A DNA stretch of 64,000 bases. It comes from an uncultured Alphaproteobacteria bacterium (GTDB taxonomy: Bacteria; Pseudomonadota; Alphaproteobacteria; Rhizobiales; Xanthobacteraceae). The position numbers and the translations under genes were made by a program. This document shows, one piece after another, positions 30,199 to 40,487 of this stretch; the first letter of the stretch is position 1, and every line of letters begins with the position of its first letter. The DNA lies in the NCBI GenBank assembly GCA_963702755.1, contig CAVPDZ010000028.1, positions 194,410 through 258,409 of the forward strand, written 5' to 3'. The notes under the pieces were generated by a model that was given only the letters and a program-made list of their open reading frames with translations, had not been told where the DNA came from and searched no databases.

Positions 30199-31045
30199 AT
30201 GCCGGTCTTGTCACGAACGACAGCCGTTGCGGCGTTCGCAGCGGCGCTGTTGATGCCAGTAGGGGCGGCGCTCGCAGGTCTCGGTCAGCCTTCTCCCTGG
30301 GAGATCGGTCTTCAAGACTCGGGGACGCCGGTGATGGATCAGGTCACCGGGTTTCATAATTTTCTGCTCTACGTCATCACCGCAATCACGCTGTTCGTGC
30401 TCGCGCTGCTCGTGATCGTGATGGTGAAGTTCAACGCCAGCGCCAATCCGACCCCGTCGCGCACGACCCACAACACGCTGATCGAAGTCCTCTGGACCGT
30501 GATTCCGGTCGTGATTCTGGTCGTGATCGCGCTGCCGTCGTTCCGCATCCTTTTCTTCCAGCTCAACATTCCGCCCGCCGATCTGACCGTGAAGGCGACC
30601 GGCGTGACCTGGAACTGGAAATACGACTATCCCGACAACGGCGATTTCGAATTCGAACTCGCTGATGACTCCCGAAAAAGAGCTCAAGCCGGGCCAGCCG
30701 CGCCTGCTCACGGTCGACAATGAGATGGTGGTCCCGGTCAACAAGACCGTCCGGATGTTGGTCACCGGTTTCGACGTGATCCACTCGTTCGCCGTGCCGT
30801 CGTTCGGGATCAAGATCGACGCCATTCCGGGCCGGCTCAATGAAACCTGGTTCAAGGCCACCAAGGAAGGCTGGTACTACGGCCAGTGCTCCGAACTGTG
30901 CGGCAAGGACCACGCGTTCATGCCGATCGCGATCCACGTGGTGAGCGAAGCCGACTTCACTACCTGGGTCGAGGCCGCAAAGAAGAAGTTCGCCGCGACC
31001 GGCGCGCCCGCAACCGTCACGGCCGCGAACATTTCCGCCGAATAA
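30199..31045 (+). pseudogene. ctaC: cytochrome c oxidase subunit II, frameshifted near 30657
   Basis: ORF 30199.. has the signal, 2 TM helices and ..NWKYDYPDNGDFEFE. ORF 30665..31045 carries the CuA site (HSFAVPSFGIKIDAIPGR...CSELCGKDHAFM). One extra A in GAACTCG would restore FEFDSLMTPEKE. Confidence 0.9.
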
Positions 31046-32737
<1,692 letters not shown>

Positions 32738-32765
32738 GGGTGAAGCAAAACACGACGCACGGCCA

Positions 32766-33713
32766 ATGACAGACCTCACCGCCGCCGACCGCTCCCGCGC
32801 CGCACTTGCGGTCAGCGAAGCCCGGGTTGACGATTACCTGGCGCTGATGAAGCCGCGAGTGATGTCGCTCGTGGTGTTCACGGCGCTCGTCGGTCTGATG
32901 GTGGCGCCGGGCCAACTCCATCCGGTGCTTGGCTTTGCGGCGCTGGTCTGCATCGCGGTCGGCGCCGGCGCCGCCGGCGCGCTCAACATGTGGTTCGATG
33001 CCGACATCGATGCCCTCATGTCGCGCACTGCCGGCCGGCCGATCCCTGCCGGAAGGGTGCTGCCGCAGGAGGCGCTCGGGTTCGGCATGACGCTTGCGGT
33101 CGGCGCGGTCACCTATCTCGGCCTGGTCGCCAATTGGCTCGCAGCGGGGCTTCTCGCGTTCACGATCTTCTTCTACATCGTGATCTACACGATGCGTCTC
33201 AAGCGCATGACGCCGCAGAACATCGTCATCGGCGGCGCCGCCGGCGCGTTTCCGCCGATGATCGGCTGGGCCGCTGCGACCGGGACGGTCGGGCTCGAGT
33301 CCGTCCTGATGTTCCTGATCATCTTCTTCTGGACGCCGCCCCATTTCTGGGCGCTGTCGCTGTGGCGCACCCAGGACTACGCGCGCGCCGGCATTCCGAT
33401 GTTGCCCGTCGTCGCCGGTCGCGCCGAGACGCGGCGGCAGATTTTGATCTACTCGCTGGTGCTGGCGCCGCTCGGCGTAGCACCGTGGCTGATGGGCTAT
33501 AGCGGCGCGATCTATGGCGTAACCGCGATCGTCGGCGGCGCCGCGATGATCTGGCTCGCCCTCAAGATCAAAATGCTCGGCGACGGCGCGGACGGCGATC
33601 GCGCCTGCAAGCGCCTGTTCGGCGTTTCGATCCTCTACCTCTTCGTGTTGTTTGCGGTTCTGCTCGTCGACGACCGGCTGGGCGCGCCCGGCCTGTTGTG
33701 GGCGGCGAGATGA
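32766..33713 (+). CDS. ctaB: protoheme IX farnesyltransferase (heme o synthase)
   Basis: UbiA-family sequence ([29 protein letters not shown]), positioned after ctaD. Confidence 0.93.
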   Translation: MTDLTAADRSRAALAVSEARVDDYLALMKPRVMSLVVFTALVGLMVAPGQLHPVLGFAALVCIAVGAGAAGALNMWFDADIDALMSRTAGRPIPAGRVLPQEALGFGMTLAVGAVTYLGLVANWLAAGLLAFTIFFYIVIYTMRLKRMTPQNIVIGGAAGAFPPMIGWAAATGTVGLESVLMFLIIFFWTPPHFWALSLWRTQDYARAGIPMLPVVAGRAETRRQILIYSLVLAPLGVAPWLMGYSGAIYGVTAIVGGAAMIWLALKIKMLGDGADGDRACKRLFGVSILYLFVLFAVLLVDDRLGAPGLLWAAR

Positions 33714-33717
33714 TGGC

Positions 33718-33885
33718 ATGGCTGGAAACGACGACGACAATGGGATCGTGCTCACCGAGGAGCAGAAGCGGCGTCGCCGTGCAAGATCGATTGCGATTGC
33801 GTTGGCGCTCGCGGCATTCGCGGTGCTGGTCTTCGCGGTCACCCTCGTCAAGCTGCGCTCCGGCGTCGCAACGCGGCCGATGTAA
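33718..33885 (+). CDS. small single-TM protein conserved between ctaB and ctaG (55 aa)
   Basis: [46 protein letters not shown].... The position and architecture are typical of alphaproteobacterial cta clusters. Confidence 0.5.
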   Translation: MAGNDDDNGIVLTEEQKRRRRARSIAIALALAAFAVLVFAVTLVKLRSGVATRPM

Positions 33886-33899
33886 GGTTCACGGGTCAG

Positions 33900-34571
33900 A
33901 TGACTGAGAACAGAGGTCGGATGGACGAGATCGGAGGACAGCCGAACGGCGGTCCGATCCATTCGTCGTCTATCCCCGGTCCGGAGACCGCTCGCCGCCG
34001 TTCCGATTTTGTGGTCGCGGCGGCGTGCGGCGTGTTCGTGGCGCTGATGGTAGGTGCCGCCTACGCATCGGTGCCGCTCTATACGTGGTTCTGCCGTGCC
34101 ACCGGGTTCGGCGGCGTGCCGCAGGTCGTTGAAGCGGCGCCCGGCGTCGTCTCCGATCGCCATATGACGGTGCGATTCGACTCCAATGTCGGCGCTGGGC
34201 TTCCGTGGCGGTTCGAGCCCGAGCGCAAGACGATTGACGTGCGCCTGGGCGAGGTCGTGACGGTCTACTACACGGCGACCAATCTCTCGGCGCGTGAAAC
34301 CGATGCGCAGGCGGTCTACAACGTGACGCCGACGACCGTCGGCGGCTACTTCGACAAGATCAACTGCTTCTGTTTCACCGAACAGCATCTCGGGCCCGGC
34401 GAGACCCGCGAGATGGCCGTGGTGTTCTACGTCGATCCGGAGCTCGTCAAGGACTCCGACCAGGATGACCTTAACACCATCACGTTGTCATACACGTTCT
34501 ATCCGCTGCGTCCGCGCACGACGGGCGTAACGGGAAGTGCCGTCCCGGCTGCTGCCGGGGGCAAGAGCTAA
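33900..34571 (+). CDS. ctaG: cytochrome c oxidase assembly protein CtaG/Cox11
   Basis: [17 protein letters not shown]...[13 protein letters not shown] motifs. Confidence 0.9.
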   Translation: MTENRGRMDEIGGQPNGGPIHSSSIPGPETARRRSDFVVAAACGVFVALMVGAAYASVPLYTWFCRATGFGGVPQVVEAAPGVVSDRHMTVRFDSNVGAGLPWRFEPERKTIDVRLGEVVTVYYTATNLSARETDAQAVYNVTPTTVGGYFDKINCFCFTEQHLGPGETREMAVVFYVDPELVKDSDQDDLNTITLSYTFYPLRPRTTGVTGSAVPAAAGGKS

Positions 34572-34626
34572 AAGAGGGGGTGGCGCCTTTTGGGCGCCAT
34601 GACGAAGAGTAACGGAGACGAACACG

Positions 34627-35484
34627 ATGGCTGACGCCCACGCCAAACACCATGACTATCACCTCGTCGACCCGAGCCCGTGGCCGGCCGTCGGCTCCAC
34701 TTCCGCGTTCATCGCCGCGATCGGCGCCATCGGCTGGATGCATCACTCGTTCGCGGCGGCACCTTACGTGTTCTTCGCGGGCACCATCGGCATCCTCTAC
34801 ACCATGCTGTCATGGTGGCGTGACGTCGTGGACGAGGCCGAGCATGGCGGCTTCCACAGCCGCGTGGTGCAGATTTCGCACCGCTACGGCATGATCCTGT
34901 TCATCGCCTCCGAGGTGATGTTCTTCGTGGCCTGGTTCTGGGCCTATTTCTCGACCGCGCTGTTCCCGGCGGACATGCAGCAATATATGCGGGCGGACTT
35001 CGTCGGCCATGTGTGGCCGCCGAAGGGAATCGAGACGTTCAACCCGTGGCATCTGCCGCTGGTGAACACGCTGATCCTGTTGACCTCGGGCACCACCGTC
35101 ACCTGGGCCCATCACGCGCTGCTGCATAATGATCGCGAGGGGCTCAAGTGGGGCCTCATCCTCACGATCATCCTCGGACTGTCGTTCACCTGCGTGCAGG
35201 GCTTCGAGTACTATCACGCGCCGTTCCACTATGCCGGCAACATCTACGGCGCGACGTTCTTCATGGCGACCGGCTTCCATGGCGCGCACGTGATCATCGG
35301 ATCGATTTTCCTGATCGTCTGCCTGATCCGCGCATTGGCCGGCCAGTTCACGCCGACCCAGCATCTCGGCTTTGAATTCGCCGCTTGGTATTGGCACTTC
35401 GTCGACGTGGTCTGGCTGTTCCTGTTTGCCTGCATCTATGTGTGGGGGCACGGACCTCCCGTTGCGGGCGCCGCCGGCCACTGA
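34627..35484 (+). CDS. ctaE: cytochrome c oxidase subunit III
   Basis: HDYHLVDPSPWP, FFMATGFHGAHVIIG, WYWHFVDVVWLFLF. Confidence 0.93.
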   Translation: MADAHAKHHDYHLVDPSPWPAVGSTSAFIAAIGAIGWMHHSFAAAPYVFFAGTIGILYTMLSWWRDVVDEAEHGGFHSRVVQISHRYGMILFIASEVMFFVAWFWAYFSTALFPADMQQYMRADFVGHVWPPKGIETFNPWHLPLVNTLILLTSGTTVTWAHHALLHNDREGLKWGLILTIILGLSFTCVQGFEYYHAPFHYAGNIYGATFFMATGFHGAHVIIGSIFLIVCLIRALAGQFTPTQHLGFEFAAWYWHFVDVVWLFLFACIYVWGHGPPVAGAAGH

Positions 35485-35690
35485 AGTCGAGGCCGATCTT
35501 CGCGTCGGCGGACCGGGCGGATTGACCGACGCGGTCATCCGCCCCCGCCGGTTCTGCCTCACAAGGGCGAATGATGTCGCTCCGTCATGCACGGGGCGGC
35601 CAATAACAGGCGAAAAATGACGCGCATGGATGGCGGAGGCGGGCGGGCGCATTATCTAGGCAGTGCCAGCACAACGCTCCATCGAACGTC

Positions 35691-36089
35691 ATGACCGATC
35701 ATCCCTCTTCCGGCGTCAGTTCATCCCCATCGCCCTTGCTGACCGGCCTGATGTGCCGCTGCCCGCGCTGCGGCAAGGGCCGCCTGTTCCGCGGCTTTCT
35801 GACGCCGGCGCCGCGCTGCGAGAACTGCGGGCTCGACTACTCGTTCGTGGACGCTGGTGACGGGCCTGCGGTGTTCGTCATCTTCTTTGCCGGCTTCGTG
35901 GTGGTCGGCGGGGCGCTCATCGTCGAAGCGCTCTATCAGCCGCCGTTCTGGCTCCATGCCCTGCTGTGGGGGCCGCTCATTCTTCTCACCACGATCGGAC
36001 CGCTGCGCCCGATGAAGGGCCTGATGATCGCGCTCCAGTACCATCACAAGGCCGCCGAGGGACGGCTCGCCGGCAAGCCGGGCTCGTGA
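35691..36089 (+). CDS. DUF983 domain protein (zinc-ribbon plus 2 TM)
   Basis: CPRCGKGRLFRGFL...CENCGLDY followed by hydrophobic helices. Conserved position before SURF1. Confidence 0.75.
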   Translation: MTDHPSSGVSSSPSPLLTGLMCRCPRCGKGRLFRGFLTPAPRCENCGLDYSFVDAGDGPAVFVIFFAGFVVVGGALIVEALYQPPFWLHALLWGPLILLTTIGPLRPMKGLMIALQYHHKAAEGRLAGKPGS

Positions 36090-36120
36090 TGGCGCCCGAC
36101 AGCGCCGTACGCGGCGTGGC

Positions 36121-36846
36121 GTGCTGGTGCCGACCCTTGCCGCCCTGGTGGCGTTCGCGATCCTCCTTTCGCTCGGCGTGTGGCAAGTCGAGCGCAAGGC
36201 CTGGAAGGAAGGGTTGATCGCGAATCTCGAGGCGCGGCTTGCGGCAGCTCCGGTGGCGCTGCCGCCGCCCAAGGATTGGCCGCGCCTTACCCCCGACGAT
36301 GACGAATTTCTTCGCGTCACGTTCTCGGCGCAATTCGAGAACGACAAGGAAGGCCTCGTCTACACCATCGGCTCAAGCCTGCGAGACGATGCCGGCGGCC
36401 CTGGCTATTGGGTGTTCACGCCGGCGCGCCTCGCCGACGGCAACGTCGTGATGGTGAACCGCGGCTTCGTGCCGGAAGGGCAGCAGAATCCGGCGAAGCG
36501 TCCGGACGGGCAGATCGCCGGCCCCGTCACCCTGGTCGGGGTGTTGCGCTGGCCGGAGAAGCCGGGCCTGTTCACGCCGGCGGAAGAACTGCCGCTCAAT
36601 CTGTGGTTCTCCCGCGACTCCACCGCGATCGCGGCGGCCAAGGGCATCACCGCGGCGCCGTTCTACGTGGAGCTTGAAAGTCCGGCGCCGCCGGGCGGAC
36701 TTCCCCGCGTGGGGCACCTCAAGCCGAACCTCCCCAACAATCATTTGCAATACGTCGTCACCTGGTTCGGGCTCGCAATCGTGCTGGTCGGTGTCTACGT
36801 GGCATGGCTGTTCGGCAGCTGGCGTCGGCGCGAACCGGCGCGATGA
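36121..36846 (+). CDS. SURF1-family cytochrome oxidase biogenesis protein
   Basis: LLSLGVWQVERKAWKEGLI..., ...NNHLQYVVTWFGLA. The N-terminus is uncertain (GTG at 36121; see finding). Confidence 0.85.
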   Translation: MLVPTLAALVAFAILLSLGVWQVERKAWKEGLIANLEARLAAAPVALPPPKDWPRLTPDDDEFLRVTFSAQFENDKEGLVYTIGSSLRDDAGGPGYWVFTPARLADGNVVMVNRGFVPEGQQNPAKRPDGQIAGPVTLVGVLRWPEKPGLFTPAEELPLNLWFSRDSTAIAAAKGITAAPFYVELESPAPPGGLPRVGHLKPNLPNNHLQYVVTWFGLAIVLVGVYVAWLFGSWRRREPAR

Positions 36847-36878
36847 CGGGTCGCGAGCAGCGGCGGATTCCCGAGGCG

Positions 36879-37901
36879 TCATCCCTTGTCGGCCGCGGCA
36901 TTGGTCTCGCCATCCGATGGGGGGATGATGTTGACCGCATTCTCAGGCCTGCGTCCGCTGAGCACCGCGATGATCGCGTCGGCTGCGGCGTGTTCGATGG
37001 CAAGGCGTGTTGCACGAACTGCGGAGCCGAGATGCGGCGTGAACAGCGTGCGGTCGTGGAGCGCCAGAAGCCGCGCCGAGATGGAACGCGGCCGGTCGGC
37101 GCGCGCCCAATCCTCCATTTCGAAAACGTCCGCCGCGTAGCCGGCGAGATGATCGTTCTCGAGCGATTGCGCGACGGCCGCCTCGTCGACGACCGAGCCG
37201 CGCCCGATATTCACGAGGCGCGCGCCGCGCTGCATCCGGCCCAAACTTCGCGCATCGATGATGTGAAAGGTCCGCTCATTGAGCGGCAGCGCCAGAATGA
37301 TGACGTCGCTCTGCTCAATCAATTCGTCCCAGCCGATCTGCGAAACGCCATGACCTGCGGCGGCGGCGACCGCACGCTCGTCGAAGCCACGGAGCCGCGC
37401 GCCAAAGCCTTGCAGACGCTTCGCAATGGCAAGTCCGACGCGACCCAGTCCCGCGATGCCGACGTTCGCATCCTGCAGGCCGTAGCCGTAAAGCTCCGGG
37501 CGCCACCCTTCGAAGCGGCCCGATCGCACCCAGGCATCGCCGGCGAGAAGATGCCGATTGAGCCCAAGCGTCAGTGCGACCGCCAGCTCGGCCGTCGGAA
37601 TCGTGAGGAGGTCGGGGGCGACGGTCAGCCAGACGCCTGCGCGGGTGCAGGCCTCGACGTCGAAATTGTCATAGCCCTTGAGGGCGCACGCGATGATTTT
37701 GAGCCGCGGGCTGCCGCGCACCAGCTCCGCGTCGACCTGATCGGTCATGAACGCGAGCATCGCATCGGCGTCACGGAGATGCGCGGCGAGCGCGTCCCGG
37801 CTCCACGGCGCGTCGCCCCCATTGATGACGATCTGCCCCAGGTTGCGGAGCCGCTGTTCGACCTCCGGAAAGATCGGATGGGTAACAACGATCTTGGCCA
37901 T
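36879..37901 (-). CDS. ptxD: phosphonate (phosphite) dehydrogenase, NAD-dependent
   Basis: ATG at 37901 (MAKIVVTHPIFPEV). D-2-hydroxyacid dehydrogenase fold with GLGRVGLAIAKRL, NIGRGSVVDE, YAADVFEMEDWARADRP, FTPHLGSAV. It tracks the Pseudomonas stutzeri PtxD sequence along its length (recalled, not searched). Last gene of the phosphonate-type ABC operon. Confidence 0.88.
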   Translation of the reverse strand: MAKIVVTHPIFPEVEQRLRNLGQIVINGGDAPWSRDALAAHLRDADAMLAFMTDQVDAELVRGSPRLKIIACALKGYDNFDVEACTRAGVWLTVAPDLLTIPTAELAVALTLGLNRHLLAGDAWVRSGRFEGWRPELYGYGLQDANVGIAGLGRVGLAIAKRLQGFGARLRGFDERAVAAAAGHGVSQIGWDELIEQSDVIILALPLNERTFHIIDARSLGRMQRGARLVNIGRGSVVDEAAVAQSLENDHLAGYAADVFEMEDWARADRPRSISARLLALHDRTLFTPHLGSAVRATRLAIEHAAADAIIAVLSGRRPENAVNIIPPSDGETNAAADKG

Positions 37902-37906
37902 GACCG

Positions 37907-38716
37907 CTACCGGAGAAATTTCCGCAGCACGGCGCCGAGTCCGTCGACGATCGTGACGCAGGCGAGGATGCAAATCAGGATCGCCGAGACCTGCGCGTAT
38001 TCGAGAATCCGCAGCGCCGCGATGAGCTCGAAGCCAATTCCGCCGGCGCCGACCGCGCCGAGCACGGTCGAGGCGCGGAAATTATATTCCCAGCGATAGA
38101 TCGTGGTGTCGGCAAGCTGCGGCATCACCTGCGGCAGGATCGCGTGCCAGATGACTTGCAGCGGCGTCGCGCCCGCCGCACGCGCCGCCTCGATCGGCTT
38201 GCCGTCGACGTGCTCGATGCCCTCGGCAAAGAACTTGCCCATCATGCCGACCGAATGCAGGCCGAGCGCCAGCACGCCGGGAAGGGCACCGAACCCGACC
38301 ATGGCAACGAAGATGATGCCCATGATGAGTTCGGGAACCGAACGCAGCAGGTTGAGCACAAGCCGGGCGAAGCCATACACCGCCGCATTGGGCGAGGTAT
38401 TGCGCGCCGCCAGCAAAGCGATCGGAAGCGACAGCGTCGCCGCAATCGCCGTCCCCGCGATCGACATCGCCGCCGTGTCCAGCACGGGCTGCACCCAGTT
38501 CCGCCAGCGGCCAAAATCGGGGGGAAACATATCCTGAGCGATCTGCTTGATCGCGGGCCAGGAATCCGCGAAGCGCGCGAGGTCGAAAAGCCCGGTCGCC
38601 CAGCAAGCCACGAGGACGATGGCAATGACGCCGAGGGCAATAATGCTCCGCTTCCCGCGGGCGACGGCGTCGCGCCGCAGGATCGCGTCATAGTCGGGGA
38701 TCGCGCGGTCGCTCAT
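37907..38716 (-). CDS. ptxC: phosphite/phosphonate ABC transporter permease (PhnE-type)
   Basis: PhnE-like sequence (..RSVPELIMGIIFV.., EYNFRASTVLGAVGAGGIG). Confidence 0.87.
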   Translation of the reverse strand: MSDRAIPDYDAILRRDAVARGKRSIIALGVIAIVLVACWATGLFDLARFADSWPAIKQIAQDMFPPDFGRWRNWVQPVLDTAAMSIAGTAIAATLSLPIALLAARNTSPNAAVYGFARLVLNLLRSVPELIMGIIFVAMVGFGALPGVLALGLHSVGMMGKFFAEGIEHVDGKPIEAARAAGATPLQVIWHAILPQVMPQLADTTIYRWEYNFRASTVLGAVGAGGIGFELIAALRILEYAQVSAILICILACVTIVDGLGAVLRKFLR

Positions 38717-39582
38717 CCCTTGAATTTGGTGAGATCGAGGTCAAGCACCTTCGCCGTCTCGCGGAGGATATCGTAGGCGTGATCGTCCGTGGCCACGAAG
38801 CCCTCGGCGCGGAACGGCTTGAGGATCGACTGATCCTTCAATCCGAGGAAAGATTCGCGGATCGATGCCTTGAGCTGCGGATCGAGCTTGCCCTGCATCA
38901 CCATCGGATAGTTCGGGATGGGATCGCTGAAGGCAATCACCCGCAGCTTGGCGGGATCGATCGAATTCTTGGCGATCAGGTTGTTGAAGATATCCTCCGA
39001 CAAAGCGCCGACCGCGATTTGCGCGGATTGCACGGCACGCGCGACCGCATCGTGGGCGCCGAGATGGACGAACTTGTAGTCCTTGCCGCCGATCAATTCG
39101 TGCTTGGCCAGCAACGCACGCGGAATGAGATGGCTCGATGTCGATGCGGGATCGCCAAAGCCCACCAACTTGCCCTTGATGTCGTCGATCGATCGGACCG
39201 GGCTTTCCGCCTGGGTGATGATGACGCTGCGATAGGTCGGCGATCCTTTGGACACGCCCACCGCGAACGGCTCGATGTTCGGGGCCTTCGATTTGGCGAG
39301 GACGTAGGAGAGCGGACCGAAATAGGCGACTTCGATGCGGCCAAAGCGCATCGCCTCGATCATCGACGAATAGTCGGTGGTCACCACGAGTTCGATGTCT
39401 TTGTGCAGTTGCGATTCCAGATATTTCTTCAGCGGCTCGGCGCTCTGGATGATCGTCCCGGCATTTTCGTCGGGCAGCAGCGCGACGCGGAGCTTCGCCG
39501 GGTTATCCTGAGCGAACCCGGACCGGCTGGTCATGGTCAGCGTGGTGCCCGCCATGAGGGACAGGAAATATCGGCGATTCAT
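38713..39582 (-). CDS. ptxB: phosphite/phosphonate ABC transporter substrate-binding protein (PhnD-type)
   Basis: The ATG at 39582 is preceded by GAGGAG. Signal peptide MNRRYFLSLMAGTTLTMTSRSGFAQ. PhnD-like TDYSSMIEAMRFGRIEVAYFGP. Confidence 0.87.
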   Translation of the reverse strand: MNRRYFLSLMAGTTLTMTSRSGFAQDNPAKLRVALLPDENAGTIIQSAEPLKKYLESQLHKDIELVVTTDYSSMIEAMRFGRIEVAYFGPLSYVLAKSKAPNIEPFAVGVSKGSPTYRSVIITQAESPVRSIDDIKGKLVGFGDPASTSSHLIPRALLAKHELIGGKDYKFVHLGAHDAVARAVQSAQIAVGALSEDIFNNLIAKNSIDPAKLRVIAFSDPIPNYPMVMQGKLDPQLKASIRESFLGLKDQSILKPFRAEGFVATDDHAYDILRETAKVLDLDLTKFKG

Positions 39583-40360
39583 GTATCGGCTCCTCTTCGA
39601 ATTGCGGATGGGGAATGCGATCTCGCGACGGCGCCGCGTAGATGCGCTGCATCGTGCCGCGATCGAGCGCAGCGGCCGATCCATCGAAGACCACGCCTCC
39701 GCCCGACAGGCCGATGATGCGGTCGGCGAAACGGCGTGCCAGTTCGATTTGATGCAGGCTGACGATCGCCTTGATGCCGTCTTCGCGGCACACCCGATCG
39801 ATCAGTTCAAGGATCCGCAAGGCCGTTGCCGGATCGAGGCTCGCAACCGGTTCGTCGGCAAGGATCGTCGATGGGCGCTGGATCAGCGCCCGGGCAACGC
39901 CAACGCGTTGCTGTTGTCCGCCGGACAGTTGATCGGCGCGGCTGAGCGCGCAATCCAACAGCCCGACACGTTGCAGCACATCGAGGCCGAGGCATCGCTC
40001 TGCGCGATTGGGCGGGAACACTGATCGCAATGACGAGCGGAACGCGAGCCGGCCGAGCAGGACGTTTTGCAGCGCCGTCTGGCGACCGATCAGATGGTGC
40101 TGCTGGAAGATCATCGCGGTGCGCTGGCGATGGCGGCGCAACGCCCCGCGGCTCGCGAAAATCGATCCGCCCTCGCCGGCGACGACGTCGCCGCGCGACG
40201 GCCTCACTAGTCCGTTGAGGCATCGCAGCAGAGTGGATTTGCCGGCTCCCGACGGACCTAGCAGGGCAATGAAGCGGCCGTGATCGAGATCGAGGCTGAC
40301 GTCATCAAGCGCGCAAACGCCATTCTGATAGACGACGGAAGCGCCCTCGATCCGAAGCAT
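39503..40360 (-). CDS. ptxA: phosphite/phosphonate ABC transporter ATP-binding protein (PhnC-type)
   Basis: GPSGAGKSTLLR, LSGGQQQRVGVARAL, ILADEP. The 3' end as given overlaps ptxB by 80 nt (see finding). Confidence 0.87.
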   Translation of the reverse strand: MLRIEGASVVYQNGVCALDDVSLDLDHGRFIALLGPSGAGKSTLLRCLNGLVRPSRGDVVAGEGGSIFASRGALRRHRQRTAMIFQQHHLIGRQTALQNVLLGRLAFRSSLRSVFPPNRAERCLGLDVLQRVGLLDCALSRADQLSGGQQQRVGVARALIQRPSTILADEPVASLDPATALRILELIDRVCREDGIKAIVSLHQIELARRFADRIIGLSGGGVVFDGSAAALDRGTMQRIYAAPSRDRIPHPQFEEEPIHESPIFPVPHGGHHADHDQPVRVRSG

Positions 40361-40414
40361 TTGGCTTGAGCGTGTCCCGCATCGTCGCTGCGAGATAACG
40401 ACTATCGGCCTAAT

Positions 40415-40432
40415 TTATAAGTTTTGTGACAG
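40415..40432 (-). promoter_or_regulatory. Pho-box-like direct repeat CTGTCAC-AAAA-CTTATAA upstream of ptxA
   Basis: Read on the minus strand, 55-72 nt upstream of the ptxA ATG. 7+4+7 architecture with 11-bp periodicity. The first half-site matches CTGTCAY; the second is weaker. Confidence 0.4.
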
Positions 40433-40487
40433 CGCCGCCGCGCCTCCGGTAGTCCACTCGCAGCAAATCCGTCCGTGCCGGCTGAAG

